A stretch of DNA of 52,485 nucleotides from an uncultured Bacilli bacterium (GTDB lineage: Bacteria > Bacillota_I > Bacilli_A > RF39 > UBA660): assembly GCA_949745755.1 (NCBI GenBank), contig CATJZL010000053.1:1-52485 (forward strand). Reading direction: 5' to 3'. Shown here piece by piece: positions 40,402-50,042 of the stretch. The first letter of the stretch is position 1. Every line of letters starts with the position of its first letter. Below the pieces are notes generated by a model. The model ran no database searches and was not told the origin of the DNA. It worked only from the letters and a program-made list of their open reading frames with translations. Position numbers and translations under genes: made by a program.

Positions 40402-41067
40402 ATGAAGTGTCATATAGAATATGTAGGAAAATTAAGAAATGGAACAGCTAGATATTATTGTACAAAACACAAATGCCTAGCTTCCAATAAAAGTGGAAAT
40501 AAATTGGAAGAATGTTTATGTAATACAAAAGAACAATATGAAAATAAGTTAGATATAAAGAACATGAAAATAGAAAGTATAACAATTATTTATGAAAATA
40601 TCCTAGAAAATGTAACACCCAAAATATATATAAACAGGAGAGAATTTGATGGAATATTCACTTATGAAAACTCTATATTGACCTATAAAGATTTAAGTGG
40701 AGTAATGTTAGCAAAACTAAATAATATCCATCTAGAGAAAATAAGATGTAAAAGATGCAAGGCTTATCACTCAGATAATGGAAAATTTGCCTATACTCCC
40801 CATAAAACACATTTGTGTTTATATTGTGGCCATTTTTTTAGAGAAAAAGAACCCAATATAGGTAGTGAATTAGAAAACATCTTAGACATTCCCCAAATAA
40901 AACTATACAAGAATACAACAATTATAAAAGAAAAATGTAAAATTGAATATGATATGTTAAAAGGAACTTTATTAGTAAATGAAGAAAATGTAAATCAGTT
41001 AATAATAAAAGAAAATAAAATAAATATAATAGATTTTTTAAATAAAAAACTAGAACAAGAGTTTTAA
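40402..41067 (+). CDS. Hypothetical Cys/His-rich, probably zinc-binding protein
   Basis: RYYCTKH, CKRC...H.D, PH..HLC..CG..F; AGGAG RBS. Confidence 0.7.
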   Translation: MKCHIEYVGKLRNGTARYYCTKHKCLASNKSGNKLEECLCNTKEQYENKLDIKNMKIESITIIYENILENVTPKIYINRREFDGIFTYENSILTYKDLSGVMLAKLNNIHLEKIRCKRCKAYHSDNGKFAYTPHKTHLCLYCGHFFREKEPNIGSELENILDIPQIKLYKNTTIIKEKCKIEYDMLKGTLLVNEENVNQLIIKENKINIIDFLNKKLEQEF

Positions 41068-41084
41068 AAGAAGAGAGAAAGAAT

Positions 41085-41288
41085 ATGAGTAAATATACAA
41101 AATTATGGAAATATTTAAAGGAAAAGAATAAAGAAGAATATCAACTATCTTTTGAAGAAATAAAAAATATTTTGGGGTTTGAAATAAACCACTCCTTTTT
41201 AACTGATAAAAAAGAAATATTAGAGTATGGTTATAAAATAGAAAAAATAGTTCTAAAAGAAAAAAGAATAATTTTTAAAAAAAACTAG
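41085..41288 (+). CDS. Small hypothetical protein
   Basis: MSKY..LW.YL...LSF.EI..ILGF.I.HSFL pattern; operonic spacing. Confidence 0.7.
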   Translation: MSKYTKLWKYLKEKNKEEYQLSFEEIKNILGFEINHSFLTDKKEILEYGYKIEKIVLKEKRIIFKKN

Positions 41289-41297
41289 GAGAAAAGT

Positions 41298-41855
41298 ATG
41301 CCAAAAAGATGTAAATGGTGCAATATAAAAAACGAAGACTATATCACTTATCACGATAAGGAATGGGGAAAACTAAATTTAGAAGAAAGATATTTATTTG
41401 AAATGTTAATACTGGAATCATTTCAAGCAGGACTATCCTGGGAATGTATCTTAAATAAAAGAAAAGATTTTAAAATAGTCTATGATAATTTTGATATAGA
41501 TAAAGTAAGTAACTATAAAGAAGAAAAGATAAATGAATTACTAACAAATAAAAATATTATTAGAAATAAAAGAAAAATAATAGCAAGTATAAATAATGCT
41601 CAAATATTTAAAAAGATACAAAAGGAATATACTTCTTTCCATAATTATTTAAAAACGTTTACGAATGATAAAGTAATATATGAAGTCGATAAAACGACAA
41701 ATAAGCTGTCAGATACCATATCAAAAGATTTGATGAAAAAAGGAATGAAATTTGTTGGTTCAACAATAATTTACTCTTATCTACAAGCAATAGGTATAAT
41801 CTATTCCCACGATAAAGACTGCTTTCTCTATAAAAATAAAGGAGAAAAGAAATGA
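41298..41855 (+). CDS. tag: DNA-3-methyladenine glycosylase I
   Basis: RC.W, YHD.EWG, LFE.L.LE.FQAGLSW..IL.KR, IIRN..KI, KFVG....S..QA.G....H...C. Confidence 0.95.
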   Translation: MPKRCKWCNIKNEDYITYHDKEWGKLNLEERYLFEMLILESFQAGLSWECILNKRKDFKIVYDNFDIDKVSNYKEEKINELLTNKNIIRNKRKIIASINNAQIFKKIQKEYTSFHNYLKTFTNDKVIYEVDKTTNKLSDTISKDLMKKGMKFVGSTIIYSYLQAIGIIYSHDKDCFLYKNKGEKK

Positions 41856-42523
41856 AGAAAAAATATATAGTAGTTATAATAATTTGTCTCATTTTTTCTA
41901 TCATAAAAGGAATATTAACAGATGACCTGATAATAGGTGGAACAATAGTAACAACAGGATTATTAAATGCCTACTTTGCCAGTGAGGGAAAAAGAATAAA
42001 TTATATACTAGGCTTGATAAATTACCTGTTAATGTCCTACGTTGCTTTTAAAAACAATTTATATGGAATGTCCATCTTTTACATAGGCATATTTGCCCCT
42101 CTCCAAATAAAAGGTTTTCTAACATGGCATAAAAATTTAGACGAAAATAAAAACGTGCAAGTAAAAGAATTTACTTTAAAAAATTCTATAATAATAATGA
42201 TATCGTGTGTAATAGCAAGTCTTATTTTAGGCTATTTGTTAACATGCATCCCCAATCAAAGATTAGCCTTTTTAGATGCTAGTTCAAATTGTATAAATCT
42301 ATGTGGAATAATATTAATGATACTAAGATTCAAAGAATCATGGTGGCTATGGTTAATCAATAATTTTTTAGATTTATTGATTTGGATATGTACTGTAATA
42401 AATAAAGGAAGTTATTCTATGATGGCCCTATTTGTATCAATTGGATATTTCTTAATAAATATTCAGGGTTTGATAAAATGGAGTAGAAAAGCAAAAAAAG
42501 AAAATAAAAAAATCTTCCTCTAA
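41852..42523 (+). CDS. pnuC: PnuC-type nicotinamide riboside transporter
   Basis: G...W, P....AFLDA, R..E.W..W...N, terminal GL..W; 7 TM. Confidence 0.8.
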   Translation: MKKKYIVVIIICLIFSIIKGILTDDLIIGGTIVTTGLLNAYFASEGKRINYILGLINYLLMSYVAFKNNLYGMSIFYIGIFAPLQIKGFLTWHKNLDENKNVQVKEFTLKNSIIIMISCVIASLILGYLLTCIPNQRLAFLDASSNCINLCGIILMILRFKESWWLWLINNFLDLLIWICTVINKGSYSMMALFVSIGYFLINIQGLIKWSRKAKKENKKIFL

Positions 42524-42549
42524 ATCATGAAAAAGAAAGGAGTTACAGA

Positions 42550-42981
42550 ATGGAATTATGTTGTATTTATATAGAAACGGAAAAATTTAAAGAAGTAATC
42601 GATTTTTATGAAAAAGTCTTTCAAATAAAAGGAAAAGTATATACAGAAAATAGATGGATAGAGTTCGATTTTGGAAGCAAATTATCGATTTACAATAAAA
42701 AATATGATACAGAGTTAATAAATAAAAAGAAAGAAAATACAAAATTTAGCCAAACATATATAGAAAATTTTAAAGAAAATAGAGAAAGACCACTAAATAA
42801 TATAGTGACTTTTAATTTTTACACAAAAGATTTAAAGAAAGAACAGGAAAGAATAAAAAAATTAAATATCTGTAAAGTAACTGAGATAATGTATGTCAAT
42901 ATAACAGAACCATATTATTACTTTAATGTATACGATCCAGAAGGAAATACAATAGAAATATGTGGAGATGACTATAAATAA
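42550..42981 (+). CDS. VOC/glyoxalase-like protein
   Basis: FYEKVF and DPEGNTIEI motifs. Confidence 0.85.
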   Translation: MELCCIYIETEKFKEVIDFYEKVFQIKGKVYTENRWIEFDFGSKLSIYNKKYDTELINKKKENTKFSQTYIENFKENRERPLNNIVTFNFYTKDLKKEQERIKKLNICKVTEIMYVNITEPYYYFNVYDPEGNTIEICGDDYK

Positions 42982-42989
42982 AAGAATAG

Positions 42990-43022
42990 AAAAAGGAGTA
43001 AAGTAAATTTCTCCTTTTTTTT
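42990..43022. terminator. Terminator between convergent genes
   Basis: AAAAAGGAG..CTCCTTTTTTTT. Confidence 0.7.
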
Positions 43023-43072
43023 GATAAAAGAATATAATTTGTAAATATTTGTCTATAAAAGTCTATTTTTGT

Positions 43073-44389
43073 CTATTTACATGAATTACACTTGTATCGG
43101 TTATTAAATGATTTAATATATTTTTTTCGCATATCAGGCATAATACTCTCAGCAGCTTCTAATGCAAAACAATCAGCATCAAGTAAGGTGGTTTCGATAA
43201 GATGACAAGACTTACCAAAATCCTTACAGTACCCATTTCTTAATAAGGCATCATTATAATATTGAATTTTTTCTTCTTCTTCTGTAAGTCCATTATAATC
43301 TTTTCGTATGACACTAACCGTATCTGCACAAGAAACAATTAAAGAATCAATTGAATTTTCACAAATCTGTTGATAATTTTCTATTGGAATATCAAAATTT
43401 TGAAAAGCAACATAATTGCGTAGCTGCATATCCACTATAGAACGTTCAGCAAGAACAATATCAGTACCCCGATTAGGTTGAATAGCACCTAAAAACTGAT
43501 TATATTGTAGAGCAGAAGTAGCTTGAACTATTTTTTCTTTAGAAAGCTTTTTTATAGAATCTCCAAAAAAAGTATTATAAATGGAAGACTTAGTAATATC
43601 ATTTAACAAAGTAGCTTTAAAACCATAGGAAGAAAAGAAATTAAATAGATCTTGAACAGCAGCATGTTCAAAAGTACGTGGCATACCAGTAAACTCTACA
43701 ACAAAAGGCTGCTCTAAATGGTTAAGAGCCTTTAGTCGCTTCACTTCAAGAACAGAAGCTGTTAATTTTCGTAATCGAACTTCCTTTTCGTTTGCATTTA
43801 ATAAAAAATCAGAAAGAGAAGCAGGAAAAACCTTATCAATAATAGATTTCAGTCTCCTAAATATAGGTAGATTTTCATCTACACTATCAATCAAACTTTC
43901 ATAAACTTGAGTATAATACCATCTTTGATTTTGTTCTCCACTATGAAATGCATAAAAATCCCTTTTCCCATTTTTTTCAAAAGTAAGATATAAATCTTCT
44001 AAATGATTAATTTTATCAGCACAAATAATAACCTTATTTTCAAAAGGTAATTTTCTTATTTCATCAATTGTGCGCTGCTTTCTCTCTCTCCAAGATAAAG
44101 ATTTAGGAATCTCAGATGTTCCTTGTATTAAAGAACAAATATACTTTCCAAATTCTCTTTCTATTTTATTAATCATATCTTTTCTAGTAAAATTAAAAGA
44201 ATATTTAGTATCTTCAATCACCTCATGAAGATAAGCCGCTGCAACAATATAATCACTATAATGATAAGTCTCTAATATTTTTGCAACACTAATTAAATGC
44301 ATAAATTTACATTTATCAGGCTCTCCATTCAAAGTTTGCCCTTTATGTGATTGAATAGCAAAGTACATTGCCTTTTCTTTTATATTCAT
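43073..44389 (-). CDS. SpoT/Mesh1-like HD domain fused to a degenerate NMP-kinase-like domain
   Basis: FA...H.GQ, H...VA, LHEVIEDT, SW.ERK, ADKI; C-terminal VVEFTGMPRT and ERS..D; GGAGG RBS. Confidence 0.7.
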   Translation of the reverse strand: MNIKEKAMYFAIQSHKGQTLNGEPDKCKFMHLISVAKILETYHYSDYIVAAAYLHEVIEDTKYSFNFTRKDMINKIEREFGKYICSLIQGTSEIPKSLSWRERKQRTIDEIRKLPFENKVIICADKINHLEDLYLTFEKNGKRDFYAFHSGEQNQRWYYTQVYESLIDSVDENLPIFRRLKSIIDKVFPASLSDFLLNANEKEVRLRKLTASVLEVKRLKALNHLEQPFVVEFTGMPRTFEHAAVQDLFNFFSSYGFKATLLNDITKSSIYNTFFGDSIKKLSKEKIVQATSALQYNQFLGAIQPNRGTDIVLAERSIVDMQLRNYVAFQNFDIPIENYQQICENSIDSLIVSCADTVSVIRKDYNGLTEEEEKIQYYNDALLRNGYCKDFGKSCHLIETTLLDADCFALEAAESIMPDMRKKYIKSFNNRYKCNSCK

Positions 44390-44542
44390 AAACCCTCCTG
44401 TATTTGAGAAAATATCTCAAAGAAATAATTAAAATTTATAAAGATACTATATAATATTTAAAATAAAAAAACAATGAAAATAGTTTATATTTAAGGAAAA
44501 TAAAGTTATAATAGAACTAATAACAAGGAGTGCAAGTGGAAA

Positions 44543-45175
44543 ATGAAGAAAAGTAAAAAAATAGGACGAATACTCTATATATGTTTTTTAGTAATAGCTA
44601 TAGCAGTAGCAGGGTGTGTAATAATACAAAAAGACCTAAAAGAAAAAAGTAAAGAACTAAAACAAGAAAGTAAAAAATATGAAATCACTAAGACAAAAAC
44701 AAAGAGCGGAAAAGAAATAGATACAGAGTATATTCGTATAGAAGAAAATAAATTTTATATAAAAAGACCCTTAGAATTTAAACAACTAGACAAGAATACA
44801 ATTAATAAAAAATATAATGGAGATATACCCAACATTGTCTTTTCAAGTGAAGATACCAAAATTAATTTAGCGATAAAAATAACCGAAAATGAAATGAAAA
44901 ATAATAAGATAAAAAGTTATACAAACCAAATGACTAATCTTTTAAAAGAAAGTAGTAAGATAATAAGTACAAAAGACTATAAAATAGATGGTTACAATAT
45001 AGGTCAAATAAAGTTAATAACAAGTGCAGAAGACACAGATATATATAACAATATGATTTGTTTCTCTTACGAGAATAAACTAATCATAATCACATTTAAT
45101 TGTACAATAGATTTACAAGAAGAATGGCAAGAAGTAGGAGACTTTTTAATAGATTCCCTTTTCTTTACAGAATAA
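44543..45175 (+). CDS. Membrane-anchored hypothetical protein (PsbP/DcrB-like fold suspected)
   Basis: N-terminal TM; A.DT.IYN, I.TFNC....EEW pattern. Confidence 0.6.
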   Translation: MKKSKKIGRILYICFLVIAIAVAGCVIIQKDLKEKSKELKQESKKYEITKTKTKSGKEIDTEYIRIEENKFYIKRPLEFKQLDKNTINKKYNGDIPNIVFSSEDTKINLAIKITENEMKNNKIKSYTNQMTNLLKESSKIISTKDYKIDGYNIGQIKLITSAEDTDIYNNMICFSYENKLIIITFNCTIDLQEEWQEVGDFLIDSLFFTE

Positions 45176-45187
45176 TAAGGAGAAAAC

Positions 45188-45484
45188 ATGCAAGATAAAA
45201 AAAGAGTATTAGAAAATATAGATAAAATTCATACAACTGAAATGGGAATAGATAGAATTAAAAAGAATTTAAAATTGAACTTACACGAAAAAAAAGAAAT
45301 AGTAAATTATTGTAAAAAGAAAATAACAGATGTTAAAAGCAATATATACAAGAAAGGAAAAAACTATTATTGTGAACTAGAAGATATAAGAATAACCATT
45401 AATTCTCACAGTTACACAATAATAACCGCACATCAAGTAAAAGAAGTCTATAAAAAGAAAAATACAAAAACCAATCTTTTTTAA
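45188..45484 (+). CDS. DUF3781-like small protein
   Basis: HTT.MG..RIK.NL, KGKN.Y, TIN..SYTIITAH. Confidence 0.75.
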   Translation: MQDKKRVLENIDKIHTTEMGIDRIKKNLKLNLHEKKEIVNYCKKKITDVKSNIYKKGKNYYCELEDIRITINSHSYTIITAHQVKEVYKKKNTKTNLF

Positions 45485-46047
45485 TACATAGTCTACATGG
45501 AAATACTAAAGAGTCTTTTGCACGCAGCATAGAAAAATTTTGTCATGAAAAGAATATAGATTACTATTATCCCGAATTTCCAAAAGGAGAAGAGGCTAGT
45601 TTTAAAAAATGGGAAAAAATATTAGATATATATTATCAAAAAGGACAGATGAATGAAAACACTATAATAATAGGTCACAGTCTAGGAGCTGATTTTATTC
45701 CAGTTTATCTAGTAAAAAAACAAATTCAAATCAATACATTTATAAGTATTGCGGGATTTTTACAATATGATGGAACAAATACCCAAATAATAGAAATAAA
45801 AAACAAATTTAATTTATCTAAAGATATACTACAAAATGTACAAAACTATACAAAGAAAAGATATGCTATATATAGTAACGATGATCCAATAAGTTCTATA
45901 AACTTTTTAGAAGAATATGCCAATAATTTACATGCTAAGAAAATAATGATACCAAAAGGAGGACATTTTGGTCCAAAGTCAAATATAAAAAGAATAAAAG
46001 AATTGGAAGAAATAATTTTATTTAGAAAAAATAATAAGAATAATTAG
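45481..46047 (+). pseudogene. YdeN/RBBP9-like alpha/beta hydrolase, N-terminus lacks an in-frame start (frameshifted from upstream ORF)
   Basis: Frame open from 45454: LIHSLHG...P.FP...W...GHSLGA...S.DDP...GGHF; ATG 45649 is only 8 codons before GHSLG. Confidence 0.7.
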
Positions 46048-46051
46048 GAAA

Positions 46052-46630
46052 ATGGAAAAAGAGAAAATGAAAGAAGAATATTTAAAGACAATTAAAGAAT
46101 ATTTATCCTATTATAAAGAAGAAAAAACAAGACAAGAAGAAGTAGAAAAATTTATAAGAAATACAGAAGAAAGTCAAATAATAGACTGGAATAACTTTGA
46201 TGGACATATAGTAGCAAGTGCTTTTATATATAATGAAAAAAATAAAAAGTTTCTAGTTCTATACCATAAAGATCTAAAAATGTACCTATATCCAGGAGGA
46301 CATATAGATAAAGAAGACAAAAATATTTTAGAAGCAGCCAAAAGAGAAACAAGGGAAGAAACAGGACTAACAAAATTTAAAGAGGTACTAATTGGTAACA
46401 AAATAATTCCTATCGACATAGATACGCATAGGATTCCCTACAATAAAAGGCTAAATTTAAAAGCACATACACATTTTGATTTTAGATATTTATTTATACT
46501 AACAGAAGAGGAAAAAATAAAACAAGATACAAAAGAAATGGGTGATTATAAGTGGATAGATATAAAAGAGTTAGAAGAAAATAATAATTATGGTAAAGTA
46601 GTAAATAAATTAAAAAATATACTAGAATAA
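46052..46630 (+). CDS. Nudix hydrolase
   Basis: GH..AS, PGGH.D..D....AA.RE..EETG, DID.H.IP, H.HFDFRY. Confidence 0.9.
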   Translation: MEKEKMKEEYLKTIKEYLSYYKEEKTRQEEVEKFIRNTEESQIIDWNNFDGHIVASAFIYNEKNKKFLVLYHKDLKMYLYPGGHIDKEDKNILEAAKRETREETGLTKFKEVLIGNKIIPIDIDTHRIPYNKRLNLKAHTHFDFRYLFILTEEEKIKQDTKEMGDYKWIDIKELEENNNYGKVVNKLKNILE

Positions 46631-46653
46631 AAACCAATAGAAAGAGAGAAAAA

Positions 46654-47046
46654 ATGATAGATAAGGTTGGAGGAATAATAGTAAAAGATAAAAAAATAGT
46701 AGTCCAAAGAAAAAAGAACAATAGAGAAGAATGTATTATACCTGGTGGAAAAAGAAAAGGAGGCGAAACAGATTTTGAAACACTAAAAAGAGAACTCAAA
46801 GAAGAGCTAAATGTAGAACTTATAAAAGCAGATTTTATTGGTGGATATGATGATATCGCTGTGTTTTCAGACAAAAAAATACACGTACAGACATACTTAG
46901 TTGAAATAAGTGGAGAAATAACACCACAAAATGAAATAAAAGAAGCTCTTTGGATAGATAAAAATTATAAAGAAGATGGAATTAAGGTAGGTAGTATTCT
47001 AGGTAAATATGTAATTCCAGAATTAGTGAAAAGAGGTTTAATGTAA
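46654..47046 (+). CDS. Nudix hydrolase
   Basis: PGGKR..GET....L.REL.EEL. Confidence 0.9.
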   Translation: MIDKVGGIIVKDKKIVVQRKKNNREECIIPGGKRKGGETDFETLKRELKEELNVELIKADFIGGYDDIAVFSDKKIHVQTYLVEISGEITPQNEIKEALWIDKNYKEDGIKVGSILGKYVIPELVKRGLM

Positions 47047-47047
47047 C

Positions 47048-47527
47048 ATGGGATATATACAAGATATAAGAAAAAAAGTAGGACATGACCCAATTTTAAC
47101 AGCAGGGGTTGGGTTATTCCTTTTTAATGAGAAAAAAGAAGTATTAATGCAACTAAGAACAGATTATAATGAATGGGGTTTCCCAGGAGGTGCGATGGAA
47201 CTGGGAGAAAGCTTTGAAGAAACAGCAAAAAGAGAGTTAAAAGAAGAAACAAATTTAGAAATAGATGAGTTAGAAATGATAAAGGTCTTATCAGGAAAAG
47301 ATACATATAGAGAATATCCAAATGGAGATAAATTATATGATATAACAGGCATTTTTCTTGTAAGAAAATACCATGGAACGTTAAAAATAAATGATAACGA
47401 ATCAAAAAAACTACAATATTTTGATATGAATAATATTCCAGAAAATATAACAGCACACACTAAGAACTATCTAGAAAAATATGGAGATATCTTAAAAGAA
47501 GCCTTAGAAAAATTAGAAGAATATTAG
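47048..47527 (+). CDS. Nudix hydrolase
   Basis: PGG.MELGES.EETA.REL.EET, YPNGD. Confidence 0.92.
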   Translation: MGYIQDIRKKVGHDPILTAGVGLFLFNEKKEVLMQLRTDYNEWGFPGGAMELGESFEETAKRELKEETNLEIDELEMIKVLSGKDTYREYPNGDKLYDITGIFLVRKYHGTLKINDNESKKLQYFDMNNIPENITAHTKNYLEKYGDILKEALEKLEEY

Positions 47528-47673
47528 AAAAAAAATAATTAATAGTATAAGGCACAAAAAAACTTTAATAAAAAATAAGTAACTTCAAAAAACGTGAAAA
47601 ATTAATAATATAAAAAATAAGTGGTAGTGTATAAAATATTTCACACTATCTACATAGAAGAAGGAGAAAAATA

Positions 47674-48096
47674 ATGATTGATACAAAAGAAAAAATAAAA
47701 TCAGTTTATACAGCACATTCAAAACATAACTTTTATGCTAGAAAAATGATTTCAGCCTTTGTGCTAGAAAAGAATAAACTACCTTTAAATCCATTTACGA
47801 ATTGGGACTACTTTATGAATGATATGGTAGATAGAAAATTAACAGTAAGAGGAAATAACAACTTAATTTATTTAGCAGATGAGGTATGGCAATTTGGCAT
47901 TATATCAAATGGATGTTATCATGAAATAAAACTAGCAATGTCCCTTAAAAAGAAAATAAAATTTTTTACAATTGGAAAAACACCAAAAGATATTGAAGAA
48001 ATAAAATTAGAAGATTTGCTGTTTGAAGAAGAATTAAAAAAAGAATGTAATACAAAGGAATTTATAGATGAACTCATAAAATATCAAAATAAATAG
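47674..48096 (+). CDS. Hypothetical protein, nucleoside-deoxyribosyltransferase-like fold suspected
   Basis: VYTA, PLNPF, ADEVW.FG.IS.G...EI..A. Confidence 0.6.
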   Translation: MIDTKEKIKSVYTAHSKHNFYARKMISAFVLEKNKLPLNPFTNWDYFMNDMVDRKLTVRGNNNLIYLADEVWQFGIISNGCYHEIKLAMSLKKKIKFFTIGKTPKDIEEIKLEDLLFEEELKKECNTKEFIDELIKYQNK

Positions 48097-48110
48097 AAGG
48101 ATAAAGTAAT

Positions 48111-48913
48111 ATGGGAAAAATGGAGTTAGAAGTAAAAATATTAGACATAGATGAGCAACAAATAATAGATACAATAATAAAAAATGGAGGTAAGTTAAAA
48201 GAAGAGACTAAACAAACGCTTTATACATATGATTTACCAAGTATATATGGAAGATATCTTGATATAAAATTACTAATTAATGAATACTATAAATCGAAAA
48301 TGGAAAATAAATTAATAGCCCAAATAGATAGATTAAAGCAGTTATTTTTTGAAATAGATAATTTACTAAATAAAGAAGGGCAAGATGAGATAAAGAAGAG
48401 AATAGGCACAAACAAATTACAGAATTACTAAAAAAAGAGAGGGAAGAACTAATTAAAATACTAAGTAAAAAAGAATTGAATACATTTCTAGAAAGATTCC
48501 ATAATAACGACAAAAAATGGATAAGACTTAGAAAGACAAATAATAAAACCATACTAACAGTAAAACATATATTAAGAGATAACAATACTAAAATACAACA
48601 GATGATGGAAACAGAAATAGAAGTTCCCTCTATTGAAGATGCAGATAATCTACTGGAAACTCTAGGATTTTCACATAAAAGTTATCAAGAAAAGATAAGA
48701 AAAACATACATTCTAAAAGGGTATGAAATAGATATAGACACATGGCCTATGCTAAATACATTTATAGAAGTAGAAGGAAAAAATGAAAAGGATATAGAAA
48801 AAATTATAAATATATTAGGATACGAGTTAAAAGATACCATATCTTGTACAGTAGATGAAATTTATAAACAAAATGGAATAGATAGTTTAATGATGAGAGA
48901 AATTAAATTTTGA
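48111..48913 (+). pseudogene. CYTH (class IV adenylyl cyclase/triphosphate tunnel) protein split by a frameshift
   Basis: ELEVK in 48111-48431; WIRLR, LTVK, ETE, EK.R, ID.WP, FIEVEG in second frame, which is open from 48389. Confidence 0.75.
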
Positions 48914-48931
48914 AAGAAAACAGGAGGACAA

Positions 48932-49669
48932 ATGGAAAATAAAGTAGCGATAATAACAGGTTCAAGAAGAGGACTAGGAAAAGAAACAGCCTATATGTTT
49001 GCAAGTAAAGGATATGATATAGTTATAAATGATAAAGAGGACCAAGAAAAAATAAAGGAAGTAGTAAACGAAATAGAAACAAAATATAAGGTAAGAGTCT
49101 TAGGAATATGTCTAGATATTTCAAAAGAGGAAAATGTAAAAAAATTGTTAGAAGAAATTTTAAAGAAATTCAAAAGAATTGATGTGCTAGTAAATAATGC
49201 AGGCATTGTTGAAGATATGGAAATAGAAAAAAGAGACGAAAAAATATTTAATAAGACAATAATAAACAATATAACCTCAACCTATTTAATGTGCAAATAC
49301 ATAGGAAAATATATGTTTGAACACAATGAATTAAGCAGAATAGTAAACATCTCTTCAACAAATGGCATAAATTCATTTTTTCCAACAAGTATAGACTACG
49401 ATGCCAGTAAAGCAGGAATAATTTCTCTAACCAATAACTTTGCCTTAGAATATCAACCAAAAATACTTGTAAACGCTGTAGCACCAGGTTGGATAAATAC
49501 AGAGATGAATAAACAACTCGAAGAAGAAGTAATAAAAGAAGAAACAGAGAAAATTTATTTAAAAAGATTTGCAGAACCCAAAGAAGTCGCAACTCTAATC
49601 TATTTTCTATGTAGTGAAGAAAATACTTATGTTAATGGAGAAACAATAAAAATAGATGGTGGATACTAA
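48932..49669 (+). CDS. Short-chain dehydrogenase/reductase (FabG-like)
   Basis: TGS.RGLG, NNAG, Y.ASK, VAPGWI.T, IDGG. Confidence 0.92.
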   Translation: MENKVAIITGSRRGLGKETAYMFASKGYDIVINDKEDQEKIKEVVNEIETKYKVRVLGICLDISKEENVKKLLEEILKKFKRIDVLVNNAGIVEDMEIEKRDEKIFNKTIINNITSTYLMCKYIGKYMFEHNELSRIVNISSTNGINSFFPTSIDYDASKAGIISLTNNFALEYQPKILVNAVAPGWINTEMNKQLEEEVIKEETEKIYLKRFAEPKEVATLIYFLCSEENTYVNGETIKIDGGY

Positions 49670-49684
49670 AAATAAGGAGGAAAT

Positions 49685-50005
49685 ATGGCAACATCAGACA
49701 ATTTTATAAAATACGTTTGTGAAAAATTAGAAGGAATAGGGGAAATCAGATATAGAAAAATGTTTGGTGAATATATGATCTATATAAACGAAAAGCCAAT
49801 CATTACAGTATGTGATGATACAGTCTTTGTAAAAAAACTAGATTGTATAGGAGACAAGATGAGAAATGAAAAAAGTGCTTGTCCTTATAAAGGAGCAAAA
49901 GAACAATATATACTAGATATAGAAAACGAAGAATTGAGTAGAGAAATAATAATGAAAATAGAAGAAGTAACACCTCTACCTAAAAAGAAAAAAAAGAGCA
50001 AATAA
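49685..50005 (+). CDS. TfoX/Sxy N-terminal domain protein
   Basis: RKMFGEY..Y, CD..VFVK, PY.GAK. Confidence 0.85.
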   Translation: MATSDNFIKYVCEKLEGIGEIRYRKMFGEYMIYINEKPIITVCDDTVFVKKLDCIGDKMRNEKSACPYKGAKEQYILDIENEELSREIIMKIEEVTPLPKKKKKSK

Positions 50006-50042
50006 AAAGAGAATTCATATATTACTTATAAGGAGGAAATAT

